From: Octopus vulgaris | Lineage: Eukaryota | Reading direction: 5' to 3' | DNA: 64,000 nt | Assembly: GCA_951406725.2 (NCBI GenBank) | Contig: OX597815.1 | Coordinates: 214,954,001 to 215,018,000 of the forward strand | In this document: positions 38,741-52,344 of the stretch, piece by piece | How positions within the stretch are numbered: the first letter of the stretch is position 1 | Layout of the letters: every line of letters begins with the position of its first letter | Made by a program: the position numbers and the translations under genes | Notes under the pieces: model-generated | What the model was told of the DNA's origin: nothing | Databases searched by the model: none | The model's input: the letters and a program-made list of their open reading frames with translations, nothing else

Positions 38741-39746
38741 GTAAAAGAACACTAATGAGAAGAGTACTAATGGTAGAGATACTCTTGCTGCATTTCAGCC
38801 ACTGCTCCTCTCCATTCCCCAAAACTGCAACATTCTGGAATTCTTTACATTTTCCTTACAAGCATCAAACTGTAAAAGAGTTCAAACCAAACATGAACTA
38901 TGTTGCCAGTTACCAGTCAAGTATGGTGTTCAAAGTCTATGGACACACCTTAACCCTATTGGGATACCCAGACCAATTGATTGGCCCAAGTGATACAAGC
39001 TGAAAGGGCTTTGAGGCTGATCCATCAGCCTGATGGAACAAACATTGTGAATGGTTGGTTTTGAAGAGTAATAGCCAATCAGAGATCGTCTTTCAGTACA
39101 TGTTTTCTTGTTTTTTTCACAGAAACATTTATGCTTATTATTTTCTTTATTTACATATATTGTGTTGTTTTAGGTTTTCTTATTGTGACAGATATATTGT
39201 ACTGTTTATCAGTAGTTTTAGGCATGTTATCCTTTATTTTCTACATGAACCATTAATTTCAATCTCAACAGAAAAAAAATTTGGGTCTTTTTTGGCTACA
39301 CATACCAAAACACTGTGTGTCTCAAAAGGGTTAAATATTAAAAGTTAAAATTTGACTTTAGCCAAAAGTCTCATTTGCCCAAAGCCTGCATTGGTTGCCA
39401 AGGCTCATAGCAACTGAGAGTACAAAATTCCTTCCTGGATGGAGTACTGTCCTTCATAATTTTAACCTCCCTCTGTAGCTGGTATTCATTTCAACTGAGT
39501 AGACTGGAACCATGCGAAATGAGGGACCTTACTCAAATACCCAATAAAACTGAGTCAAGACCTAAGACCTTACAATAATGACTGAATACCCTAAGAAGAG
39601 GGTACATGCTTTCACCCTTAAATATTGCATATGCATGTTTGTGTGTATAGAATCCCCTCCATTTATCACATCTTATATTTATTGTGCAAGAAAAAAAGAA
39701 AAAAAAAACAATTACCATTGAGAATCTTCACAGGCGAATCTTCATA

Positions 39747-40163
39747 GGCGTAGGAGTGGCTGTGTGGTAAGTAGCTTGCTTACAAACCACATGGTTCCGG
39801 GTTCAGTCCCTCTCCATGGCATCTTGGGCCATGGAGTCTTCTATAGCCTCGGGTCAACCAAAGCCTTGTGAGTGGATTTAGTAGACAGAAACTGAAAGAA
39901 GCCCGTCGTATATATGAATATATGTGTATGTACATGTATGTGTATATGTTTGTGTGTCTGTGTTTGTCCCCCCCCCCAACATCGCTTGACAACCGATGCT
40001 GGTTTGTTTACATCCCCCGTAACTTAGCAGTTCAGTAAAAAGAGACCAATAGAATAAGTACTAGGCTTCCAAAGAATAAGTCCTGGGGTTGATTTGCTCA
40101 ACTAAAGGCGGTGCTCCAGCATAGCCACAGTCAAATGACTGAGACAAGTAAAAGAGTAAAGAG
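39747..40163 (+). mobile_element. SINE (family A)
   Basis: Full-length match to family A. Confidence 0.9.
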
Positions 40164-40903
40164 TTTTAAAAAGGTACCTGTGAAGGTGACAGTGACATGT
40201 AAAAGACATCCACTACACTCTTGGAGTGATTGGCATTAGGAAGGGCATCCAGCTGTAGAAGCCAAGCCAGAATCAGATTGGAGCCTGATACAGGTCTCTG
40301 GCTTACCAGTTCCAGTCAAACTGTCTAACCCGTGCCAGCATGGAAAATGGATGCTAAATAATGCTGATGGTGATGATGTGACAGGAAGAAGTACTCTTAG
40401 GATTTAGCTACAACACAGTGTATTGGTGTGCCTAACATACCATTATGAAGAACATCAGTAAATGTACAGATGTGTATGAAGTAAATCTTATCTGCCAAAT
40501 GACTCTAATATTCTAAACGCAGTGCTTTTTCTATTCATATCTGTTCACACCTAAAACAATTAAGGGCGTGGCCTATAAACAATTAAGGGCGTAGCCTATG
40601 TTGAATATTAACATCTGCTTTTATCAGTTGTTATCTCACTGGTGACAGTCATCAGAGTTCAATAGTTTAACATTTATGGACATTATAAGTAGATTCACAA
40701 ATGACTGAATCTGTTGGGTGCCAGCTTATCACTGAATGTTCGTTAATTCACACAGGGCCCACCTTGCAGTCTTCCTGTCTAACATTATTTTTATTCTGTA
40801 AATAACGATGTATAATGGGAATTTTTTTATTTAATAACTACTGTTGGCATCAGTGCTGGAGAACAATAAGTAATTGTTGCATTGTGTGTTAAGTTGGTGA
40901 AGC

Positions 40904-41252
40904 ACTGCCTTGAGGAATTTTTAGTTGAATGAATCAACCCCAGTAGTTATTTATTAAAGCCTGGTATTTATTTTATTGGTCTCTCTCTTACCAAACCACT
41001 AAGTTACACAGATATAAACAGACCAACACAAGTTTTCAAGCAGTGATAAGAGACAAACACACACATGCACACACACACACATATATATATGATAGGTTTC
41101 TTGCAGTTTCCATCTACCAAATCCACTCACAAAGCTTTGGTTAGCCTGGGGCTATAGTAGAAGACACTTTCCCAATGTGCCAACTAATGGAACAGAACCC
41201 AGAACCATATGGTTGGAAAGAAAACTCCTTACCATACAGCCATGTCTGTACC
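40904..41252 (-). mobile_element. SINE (family A), degenerate
   Basis: Reverse complement of family A; further minus-strand pieces at 10770-10925, 30596-30753, 50808-51320 and 58340-58497. Confidence 0.8.
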
Positions 41253-41955
41253 TATAAAATTTTCAGAACAGAAAGACATTGGCTATTGTGGTTTTATCAA
41301 TAGCAAAGCAAAAATATTGGTGTTTTGTGATTAGGAACACAGTTAGGTACATTCTGTGGATCTGTTCGTGTCTGTGTGTGTGTGTAAGAGACAGATTTCC
41401 AACACTAGCACACAGCATAATGTATATAACATTATGAAATATTGCTGCTTTTTACACACAGCTCTTATCATATTGGAGACAATCTTGTCAATATAGATAA
41501 CCTGGTCTAGTGTACTTAAACATGACCTTCATACCACGTTCGTTGATTTTTACTATTTCTGTAAAAGGTCATTAAATCTTACCATTTAATGTTCATGTAT
41601 TTTGTCTTCTAATCGTCCAAGGATGGTAACCAATTAGGTATTTCCAAAGTGGATTATATGTAATTCTAGATTTCCAACTGGTTCTTTTATATCTTAATGT
41701 AAAGGTACTATCTGTTGATTATGATTTTTTTTTTCCTTTTCACAATACTTTTTCTCTGCAATATTGGTTATTTCTTGGCTGTATACTTTTGGAAGACTTT
41801 CTGACATTAGCATATTTTATATTACCAACTTTTGGAAGCATTCTTGCTAGTTTGCTCAGCTGCAGTCACAAGATACATATTCAGTTTAAATAACCTATAT
41901 TTATGTATACAATACATTCATATGCATATATATAGTGAGATCTATATATATATGT

Positions 41956-41999
<44 letters not shown>

Positions 42000-42058
42000 C
42001 ACCATATATATATATATTTATGTATGTATATATATGTATATAAATATATTTATGTATG

Positions 42059-42089
<31 letters not shown>

Positions 42090-42436
42090 ATATATATAAT
42101 TTGTAAAATATACTCTTTTAATAAACATTCTCACTGCTAAAAGTAAACACATTGGTTACCCCATAGAGTGTAACCACTGCAATTATTTTACACAGTGAGG
42201 CTAAAATAGTATGTTTATTAAAATGGGTATATTAACTTACACTCCAGATTATCTGAAATCACTAAGTTGTGCACAATGAATTTATTAAATAAGATTATCA
42301 CGATATTGTATATATGCAAATGTGTGTGTGTGTGTGAAGATATGTGACTTAGTGATTTGGGAGTTGAGCTCACAATCCCCAAGATCATGATTTTAATTCC
42401 CAGACTGAGAGGTGTGTTGTGTTCTTGAGAAAAATA

Positions 42437-42843
42437 GGCATAGGAGTGGCTGAGTGGTAAGTAGCTTGCTTACCAACCACATGGTTCTGGATTCAGTCCC
42501 ACTGCGTGGCACCTTGGGCAAGTGACATCTACTATAGCCTCGGGCCGACCAAAACCTTGTGAGTGGATTTGGTAAGAAGCCCATCATATATATATGTATA
42601 TATATATATGTTGTGTGTGTGTGTAATTCGCTTTGTGTATTTGTGTTTGTTCCCCCCAACATCGCTTGACAACCGATGCTGGTTTGTTTATGTCCCTGTA
42701 ACTTAGCGGTTTGGCAAAAGAGCAAAAGAGACCGATAGAATAAGTACTAGGCTTACAAAGAATAAGTTCTGGGTTCGATTTGCTCGACTGAAGGCGGTGC
42801 TCCAGCATGGCCGCAGTCAAATGACTGGAACAAGTAAAAGAGT
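42437..42843 (+). mobile_element. SINE (family A) nested in a family B SINE, 7-bp TSD
   Basis: AAAAATA at 42430-42436 and 42844-42850; family B sequence before (42340-42430) resumes after (cttcattccatgttgctc...). Confidence 0.88.
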
Positions 42844-43111
42844 AAAAATACTTCATTCCATGTTGCTCAAGTCCACTCAGCAGTAAACAGGTAACCCTGC
42901 AATGGATTGGTGTCTCATTCAAGGGTACTGTTGCAATCTCCATTACTTATATTGGCATAGACTTGCCTGCCTAACCAGCAGACCAACAGCATTTGACAGT
43001 TATAACAATATGTAGAAGCACATTGTGACCAGCCATATATAATATCATCCAATAATATGGTCAGCGGAGTGATACAGTGATTGATTGATATATATATATA
43101 TATATATATAT

Positions 43112-43220
43112 AGGGAGAGTTTATGAAAAAAACAAAAGATGAAGACAGGTGGAGTACAAAACAAACAGATGTATTAATATAATGCTCAGGAATAGAAAAA
43201 GTCTTTTACGTTTCGAGCCT
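43112..43220 (-). mobile_element. Penelope-like terminal fragment truncated inside a hammerhead
   Basis: Minus strand begins GGCUC-GAAA-CG-UA-AAAGAC; second copy at 43950-44062; set in (TA)n. Confidence 0.55.
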
Positions 43221-43227
43221 ATATATG

Positions 43228-43271
<44 letters not shown>

Positions 43272-43295
43272 TTCACAGTATAAATATATAAAATA

Positions 43296-43470
43296 TAAAT
43301 TAGAGAAAAGAACCACTATTATGCAATTCAAACAATGGTAGACATAAACCAAATCATAAATAAAAGAATAAAATATATTTTATAACACATAACTAGATCA
43401 CAAATAGTATAAAAATGAATAATCAATATATAATAATTTTAAAAAACTATGTACGTTTCATGGCTATAAT
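43296..43470 (-). mobile_element. Diverged relative of the 9259 fold-back family (single arm)
   Basis: aaattagagaaaagaaccactattatgcaattcaaacaatg resembles 9266-9305; minus strand agccatgaaacgtacatagt resembles 9479-9498. Confidence 0.65.
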
Positions 43471-43525
43471 TAAATTTGAATAACGATTAAATTTAAATTT
43501 AATCAAAAATCAGTTCAATTAAAAA

Positions 43526-43708
43526 AATATGAGACTTATACATCCACAAAATTTTTTTTATAGTTATATACAGGGTATTATAATAACCTACACGTGTTTC
43601 TGCCACATTTGCAACAGTGAGTAGTCCTGCAGTGGAAACACGTTTAGGTCATTATAATATGTTGTATATAACTATAAAATAAATTTTGTGGACATATGTC
43701 TCCATATT
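43526..43708. repeat. Fold-back element with hammerhead 3' half (GAAA-CACGUG-UA)
   Basis: Arms at about 43526-43603 and 43632-43708; the left arm reads gaaacacgtgtaggt on the minus strand. Confidence 0.7.
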
Positions 43709-44063
43709 CTTTGTTATTAATATTAATATACACTCCAGACAATTTTTACTGTCCAGCAAAGAGAACACGAATTTACCCATCAGAAGAATTCACTGAGCAA
43801 CTAACAATGAAATGTGGTCACAGATGTTAGATACTGATCGTTGTGGTTAGCCATTAACTGGAACATAACTGAGATCTAATATGGTATCTGCCTGGATAAT
43901 AGATCCATCCAAATTCGCTTTTATATACACACACACACTTATTTATATATGGTTCAAAATAATACAAAACCAAAAGACAAAGATAGGTGAGGGAACAACA
44001 AGCAGGGGTATATTAGTTTGACGCTAAAAAAAAAATGGAAGAAGTCTTTGATGTTTCAAGCCA

Positions 44064-44140
<77 letters not shown>

Positions 44141-46080
44141 TTTAAGGTAAGAGAAATCATTACTGGGCATTTCTCGCAAATCTTTGGACTTGCTTCTTTT
44201 GGGGTCTATTTTGTCAAATAAATAAAGTCTCTGCCAAGATGTTGTAATAAAAGTTACAAGCATTTACACTAGTCCTCACTCAATAATTACATACACATAC
44301 ATATATAACATAAATATGTACATATATATATTGGACTGAAATAACCTCTTGGTCTTGCAATCATTTATAATATAATTATTTAAGGTAAAAGTAATTTTGA
44401 AGTTCACAATCTGTCAGCATAGTCATTTCATTTAATATTTCTTTTTTAAAGATGGCTTCTATTACATTCTGTAATATTCTCTGTAAGAATCTGGATCAAA
44501 TCTAGTTCATAGACTTCATAGCTGTTTTGTAATTCATATATGCAGCAACCTATTCTGAATTTTAGTAAACTATACTGTTTGATGATTCAATTTTGTCAAA
44601 TTATTTCTTTCCCATTGCAATTTCCTCTTTCCTGCACTTGTGTTACCTGTAGCAGTTACCAATTCTTTCTTCATGCAATGTAGTCATTACTTTGAATTAC
44701 ATAATCCATTTAATAGCTTAAGTTTAGTTAAACACAATGACTCCATTAGAATCAGTCTGAAGGATAATTTATTAATGTATTTTATACAACCAAATAGAAA
44801 ACACGTTGAAATTTTTGGCGTCCATACTAAATTATTCTCTGAACATATTTTTCACAATTCTTGAATTAACAAAAATAAAAATTTAAAAAATGAAATTCAA
44901 ATTTATAAAAGTTGAAATTTGACACAGTTTTATGGGGAATGTCTTGTCAATACAAAAAAAAAATGTACAAAAATGAATCCTTGACAAATCATTGGCATCC
45001 AATGACTTAGCAGTTACCAAGGCACACAGCAGTCCCTAATAGCTTTCGGTGAGTACATCTTTTTATAATTCCTTTCTGCACCATTTCTAACCATTCCTCC
45101 AACCAACTGCTTTTCCTTTTTCTGATTGATTCCTCTTGCTGTGCATTTCATACTTTAAGCCATTAACGGCTGACTAGGATTAACAGAAGGAAATAACTTT
45201 AATTGTTAAGTTATATAGAGTCAGCATAAGACATTAACAGCATCTAACCAACCTCCTCTACGTTGGCTTCGAAGACAGAAACAAACATTCTTCCTATTGC
45301 ACCTTGTTTTGCCAAAACTAGTCCCTTTCAGCATCATTCATTCAAATCAGCTGCTATTCACTTTAGTAAATAGTTTTTCATGAATACTCTTCAGCAAGCT
45401 TTTTAATGAATATTTCCTGCATGCACAGTTTAGAGCATCTTTGAGGACCAAAGCCCAAATTCTTCTGTTTTCTTTACCTGGAGATGTTTGAAATCTCAAC
45501 ATCTTTAGTAATTCTTCAGTGCCAGAGAAATATATATTTTTTAAAAATTATTATAAGAAAAAGGCAGAGGGATTTAATTTGGTTCAAAGTTTAGCCTCAA
45601 AATTCTATCATTGCTGTTTTTAATCTGTTGTCATTGAACCTATTGGGATTAGCTTCTTCTTTAATCTCTAACCAAACTATTAACTTGGACATTGTTTAAC
45701 TGTTTCATACCATTATATAAAACTCAGAGTGAACAACTACATGACTTATTGCATCCTGTTTTTAATATTAAATAACCACTTTTCGTGCATGTTGCCAGAG
45801 TTTTTCTAAGAAAACTTGATCTAACTACATTGTTTACCTATCCTTATTTGCTGCTTCCTTGAAATCTGTTAGTTCTTTCCCACTTTCCCACACTTCATCA
45901 TTTCAGTTTCCTTTCTCTCTTGGTTCTGTTTTCTTCTCTCTGTTTTGGTTCAATTTCTTTTTCTCACTTGATTGTGTTTTTCTCTTATTTCTGTTTTTGC
46001 TCATTTTACTCTTTTCTGTTTTTCTTGTTCTCCCTCCTCTCTCCCCTGTCTCTCTCTCTCTCTCTATCTCTATCTATCTG

Positions 46081-46127
<47 letters not shown>

Positions 46128-46401
46128 CTGTCTATCTTTTCCAAAACTACCAACTTTTCTAAAGTCTCACTCAGAAATAATTCCTCAGATATACCTTACG
46201 AGCACTCTGATAAAATCCAAATTTGGCTAATCACATCAAATGATAGGAAATATTTAGAACTGCTTAAAATACACAAAGCTATTATATCAAAGACGCTTAT
46301 TCAGCAGAAACACATGTCAGAATGTAATATGAAGAAAATGTATTTTTATTAAATAAACTTTCAAGGTGTGTATAACTCTTCATTTTTCATTGTTATGTCT
46401 T

Positions 46402-46436
<35 letters not shown>

Positions 46437-46439
<3 letters not shown>

Positions 46440-47074
46440 ACATTCTTTCACTGCTCTAGGGATAAAATCTGTAGGTTTTTACTCCACTCTAAACGCTTTG
46501 CAACGTTTGTTTTGAAAATAGAGGTTTTCTGATTGCAACCCTCCCATGAAATCCAGCTTTGTACAGCTCCCGATGAACAGTTTTTGTGAAAACTGGGTTC
46601 TCAAGGTAGTCATTAAGCTCTGCAGTAATTTTGGGAGCTGTACTTTTGTGATCCTTTCTAACAATTCGCGTAAGAGTCCAAGGGTCCCTATCTGAAAGAT
46701 TTGGTTTTCTTCCAAAGTTTTGTTTTGATGAGGTGGGTTTTCTTGCTTTCTCAAAGGCTGTCATTGCTTTCGAGACAGTACTTCTTGATACAACAAACAT
46801 TTTGGCTGTTTTCATTACATTACCACCTGCCATACGAGCACCAACAATTTGACCTCTTTGAAAGTCCGATAGATCTGTCATTTTAATGAATTTTAATTAC
46901 CTTTTTCTGATGATATCTGAAAAGAAACAAACAGCAATTTTTGTAAAACATATTAAGCAACACAAATAATAAATCAAAACACATAAAAATAAATAAGCTT
47001 TTGATGGTTTTATAGATATTTTATAATTATGATGCTTTGATGCTGGGTGTTACCATTATTTTGTCCAACCCCTG
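46437..47074 (-). mobile_element. Tc1-family DNA transposon, 5' portion with transposase N-terminus
   Basis: Minus-strand terminus TA|CAGGGGTTGGACAAAATAATGG at 47074; ORF 46489-46881 MTDLSDFQRGQIVGARMAG...VSRSTVSK...GRKPNLSDRD...TVHRELYKAGFHGRVAIRKPL (paired-like HTH); truncated before the DDE domain. Confidence 0.9.
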
Positions 47075-47353
47075 TATATATATAAATTTGTGTGTGTCTG
47101 TGTGTTTTCATTTAACTTATGTTTCCCTTGCTAGCATGGGCTGGACAGTAATTTATTTGTGGCAGAATTTTACAACTTGTTGCTCTTCCTGTTGTCAAGC
47201 CTTACCTGTTTTCCAAGTAAGGGATTTTTATTCCACAGATAATCAGAATAGCAGACCAGCTCATTGTGATGCCAACATGGGATGAAAACATCATCATTTT
47301 GCTCAGCTGGCAACAAACGTTACCATGTAATATCATCATCAGGCACATACATG

Positions 47354-47386
<33 letters not shown>

Positions 47387-47852
47387 TTTCTCACATGTAT
47401 GCATGTATATACATACATGCACAACAAGTTTGACAAGTCACCTATACAGCTAAGAGCATATATACTGCATACGTATGTACCTGTGTGTGTGTCCACCACC
47501 ACTTGACAACCTATATTGGCTTGTTTATGTCTTATAACTCAGCAATGTAGCAATAGAGACTGACAGAATAAGTACTGGGGTCAATTTGTTTAACTAAAAC
47601 TCTTTAAAGTGAACCCCCTGCATGGCCACAATCCAATGACTGAAGCATGTAAAAGATGAAAGATAATGAAGAAATATCATTAATTGTATGTAAAAATACC
47701 ATATCTTCATTTATTTCCTTGGTTTCTATACTAACAGCCAAATACCATTTCAATATACATAAAATCAAAAGTCACAGAATCATGATTATTGTTGCCTCAA
47801 TATATAACTTTGTGTGTCACATATAAAGCACTCATGCTGGAACAACATTAAA

Positions 47853-48197
47853 AGGTACTTTACCTTTTCAAGTACAGATTTAATGAATAATTTTTTGTAA
47901 CTAAACACTTTCAAATTTCGGACACTAGTAGAATGTGTCCTATAAAACACCACCGATAGTTATTGTTGACAAACAACGGCAGTAATTTTATTCAGCTGAA
48001 TACGCATTATTGATTGGTTGAAATTACCAAAATAGGCCTACTTTAACATGAAATAACTTCGAAAATATAAGTTTTTCATAAAAATGCTAAGAGTAAAACA
48101 TGTTTTATATGACACATTCTACCAGTGTCCAGAGTTTGAAAGTGTTTAGTTGCAAAGAATTAGTTTTTAAATCTGTACGTCAAAGGGTAAAGATCCC
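47853..48197. mobile_element. MITE with about 95-bp terminal inverted repeats
   Basis: 47853-47948 mirrors 48101-48197; apparent ATTAAA duplication on both sides; interrupts an RTE 3' fragment. Confidence 0.8.
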
Positions 48198-48786
48198 ATT
48201 AAAAGCACTGGTGCTGGTACCACATAAAAAGCACCCAGTATGCTCTGTGGAGTGGCTGGTGTTAGGAAGGGCATCCAGCCATAGAAACCATGCCTGAATA
48301 ATGGCACCTGGTGCAAACACTGGCCTTACCAGCTCTGATCAAACTATACAGCCATGCCAGCATAGAAAGCAGACATTAAATGATAATGATGATGATGATA
48401 TATACTTTAGAAAGTTTTCATGTGTTATTATTTTCATTGTTCAGTCTTTGATCAACTGTTACTGACTCATAGCTGAAGTATTGAGATTGCTCTTTGCTGC
48501 ATTTGACAGGGTCCAGTTTTATAGTATTCCCACTGTATTGCTATAATAATATTAATATCATCATTATTATCATTATTATATTATCATTTACATCTGATTC
48601 TCCATACTGGCAAGGGTTGGGTAATTTTTCTGCAACAGTGTTTTATGATTGAATGCACTTCCTGTTATCTTTTATGATACAATGTACCTATTCTAAAAAA
48701 CTGGCATACAAACAGTAATATTATATGTGTGTGTGTATATATGTATATGTGTGTGTATATATGTATATATGTGTGTGTAAATACAT

Positions 48787-48820
<34 letters not shown>

Positions 48821-48849
48821 TAATAGTAATATTTTATTATTATTATTAA

Positions 48850-49105
48850 CCCTTTTGTTACCAACCCGACTGAAACCAGCTCTGGCCCTGTAGTACAAAT
48901 GTCTTGTTTTCATAAGATTTGAATTAAAATCTTCCCCCAAACCTTAGTCACAATTTATGTTCCTAACACTAGCTTAATGATAGCTAAGTTATTTTACTAA
49001 AGGCCTTGCTAATTGCTTTTGAGCCAAATTAACTAACTAACTAACATATTTAAAATAATCGAAAGAAACACAGAGCAACTCAAAATAAATCCAGTAACGA
49101 AAGGG
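48850..49105. mobile_element. piggyBac-type MITE, family 1
   Basis: TTAA|CCCTTTTGTTACC ... GTAACGAAAGGG|TTAA. Confidence 0.87.
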
Positions 49106-49111
49106 TTAAAA

Positions 49112-49535
49112 TGATAAGCTAGCAGAATGATTAGCATGCTGGACATTGCTATGTTCTGAGTTCAAATTTTGCTATGGTCGACTTTTCCTTTCATCCCTTC
49201 AGGTTTGATAAATTAAGTACCAATGAAACACTGGATTCAATGTAATCGACAAGTCCCCTCCCCCAAAATTTCAGGCCTTGTGCCTTTAGTAGTAAGGATT
49301 ATTATTATAATTAAGGTAGTGATCTGGCTGACTCCTTAAAATGTCAGAATATATCTACCTGCAGCATGTCTTCTAGCCTTTTGTGTTCTGAGTTCAAATT
49401 TTGCCAAAGTCAACTTTGTCTTTTATTCCTTTGGGAATTAGTAAAATAAGTACCAGGCGAGCACTGAATCCAATGTAATCCACTTACTGCCTCCCACTAA
49501 AATTTCAGGCCTTGTGCCAAAATTTGAAACCTTTA
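49112..49535 (+). mobile_element. Two tandem SINE copies (family C)
   Basis: Two units separated by attattatt. Confidence 0.8.
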
Positions 49536-50410
49536 TTAACTTTAATATTCTTGCTGTCTGTACATGTTGTCATTGGCTATTTTTCATGCCCAAGAATTTC
49601 AATTTCTTCCTCATTGATTGGTTCAATCATGTTTATGGCATTGATGACCAAGAAAGCCAGTCCTTATCTAAAATAAGTGGAAGCAAAGATTGCAAAAAAG
49701 AAATAGTGGCAGTTGTTGTTGCATTATCTTTTCTGTACATTTTCCAACTTATCTGGGGTTTTTTGAGTTCTAAAATATCAGTTCTGGTAATGATAGTATG
49801 AAGACAGTTGGAGCAGTTTCCCACGTTTTGGTCTCAATTTCAGCCATTTTGAAGCTTAGTTTTGTTGTTGTTGTTGTTGTTTTTGCTTTTTTTTTAGCTG
49901 ATTTTGATAAGAGTATGAAGGACATCATCCTCATCTTTTTTTTTTTTTTTACCAGTGGTTAATATACTGAGGGAATATTTGACAAGCAAATCTCACTTCT
50001 TTCATTCTAGCCTCATGTCCCAACTATCTTAGCCAGTATTCTATCATAGTTGATTTTATGCTTTGACTATAAACTTTTCCCAAGACACCATTGGATGGCT
50101 AGCATGAAGTAAGCTTTTGTTGTTAGAGATGCTCCAGCTTTTTGATGCCCCAAAAATATATATATGTTAGCACAGGCATGGTTGTATGGTTAAGACCTTT
50201 GCTTCTCAACCACATGTCTTTTGTTGTCAGTCCTATTGTGCAGCACTCCAGCCAAATGGCTTCTACAAGCTCCAGGGTGACCAATGCTTATTTTTCTTTG
50301 TGGTAACTTTGTCCAAAACTGTAGATGTATTCATTCCTTAAGGTAACCAAACTTACCTATTTCCAATGTTTCTTATGTGGTTCATAATGTTTATCTTATT
50401 TCTTATTTCT

Positions 50411-50628
50411 TTATTGCCCGCACGGGGCTAAACATAGAGGGGACAAACAAGGACAGACAAAGGGGTTAAGTCGATTACATTGACCCGACTGGTACTTATT
50501 TAATCGACCCCGAAATGATGAAAGGCAAAGTCGACCTCGGCGGAATTTGAACTCAGAACATAACGGCAGACAAAATACCGCTAAGCATTCCACCCGGAGT
50601 GCTAACCACTCTGCCAGCTCGCTGCCTT
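50411..50628 (-). mobile_element. SINE (family C), young CpG-retaining copy
   Basis: Reverse complement aaggcagcgagctggcagag...ctgagttcaaattccgccgaggtcgactttgcc... Confidence 0.88.
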
Positions 50629-51034
50629 GATATTTATCTTCTCTTCATAAACTCAAATCAAAACAAATGAAGTATTGTTTCTATCATGGAAATGCTAAAG
50701 GGTCTCCACATCTAAGACAGCAACTTTGTATGTTAAAAATGGAAAACCCATTACTACACCCAGCAGAATAAGGCCCATAAGTAATTACACCTACAGGTGA
50801 TTATTTCTTATTTGTTTCAGTCATTGGAATGTTAGCCATGCTGGAGCAGTTCGTTGCAGGGTTTAGTCAGACAAGTCAATCCCAGCTCTTCTTATTTTTA
50901 AGTCTGGTACTTATTCTATCACTCTTTTACCAAACTTCTAAGTTACATGGACATAAATAAACCAACACCAGCTGTCAAATAGTGGAGGTAAAGACAAACA
51001 CAAAGGCATACACACATACATACATACATATATA

Positions 51035-51106
51035 TTATTTTTATACAAGAATGTTGTTGACAGTGACTTTGAAGTTATTGTCAACAACATTCTTGAATAA
51101 GAATAA
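51035..51106 (+). repeat. 72-nt hairpin (35-bp stem)
   Basis: ttatttttatacaagaatgttgttgacagtgactt-tg-aagttattgtcaacaacattcttgaataagaataa. Confidence 0.85.
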
Positions 51107-52344
51107 CAAATTTGTACTCTATAAAAATGCAGAGTAATCCATCAGATAAGTGTAATGTTCAACTCATGCCAGCGTGGAGACCAGTGTGTTAAAGGATGAT
51201 GATGATCATCATATATACAATGGGCTTCCACACAGTTTCCATCTGCCAAATTTACTCATAAGATATTGGTAAACCTGGGTCTATAATGGAAGACACTTGC
51301 CTAAAGTGCTACACAGTGGATGGATGTTTATATGTTTGAATGGATGGATGTTTGTGTATGTATATGTAAACCAAATGCCAGTTAAGCATAACCAGATAAC
51401 ATGCTCTTATTTTATTGGTTCTCATTGTTTATGCATACTCTGCACTTTATTAATTACTAGCCATCATGTTAAGAAAACCTTTATCTTCTAAATGTCCATA
51501 ACATATCCAGTAAGTCATATCTATCAGTTTTCTCAAATTCTTTGTAATTATTTCCATTGTTAACACTTGGAATACTATCAAACTGCTTACCTTTTGCATG
51601 TTGAGATTTCAAAAAACAATAATAGCCTGATGCAGTCTTTCTCTAAAATCTATTTACTTATTTTAAAATTGCCATAAATCAAAGAACTTTTACCATAAAT
51701 AACTCCATTTCTAGTCCCAAGTATTTGATTGAATTGACAAACCCTTTCTTGGCTGCTACTCTCCTCACCCCCACCTTGCAAGATGCTTAATTTTACAATA
51801 AGCCTTGGCAGTGCTTGAAATGGGAGTTTTCTATCAGATTAGTCTCAGTGATACTGGTTTCTCTGTGTCCTCTGTTGGTTGCTTTGTACACACACTGCCA
51901 ACTTTTTATTTGGCTTTTTATCATATATTGTATTAAATCACCTTCATGTTTTCTATTTTGTTATCCAAATTTTTGTCGAAAATGAACATCTTATCTAATT
52001 TTTTTTACAATTTTATACAACGGTAAAAGTTTAGAATATTCATTAATTAGAGATATTTTTTCCTATGAATGAAACCACTTCTAAATGTCCTTATTTTGCT
52101 GTCTGTTCAGATCAGTCCTGTTTGAAATACGGGATATGTTATCAGCTTATCACCAATTCATTCTGCGGGTTCTGTTTTTTGTTTTTTGTTTTTGTTTTCG
52201 TTTTTTGATGGTGGGATTCATAACTGAACATAGTTAATTATAGAATTTAATATGACAGATCACATGCAATACTGTAAATATCTAAAATGCTCTTGTATAC
52301 AAGAAGAAGGCATACAGAATAGACTTTATGCTGGATATAGTTAA

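Noticed and set aside
49514-50150. Possible coding region
   Set aside because: No consistent frame or recognisable motif; more likely a very old LINE remnant
45487-51613. Shared 16-mer tttgaaatctcaacat on opposite strands
   Set aside because: An isolated match of this length is plausible by chance in 64 kb of AT-rich DNA
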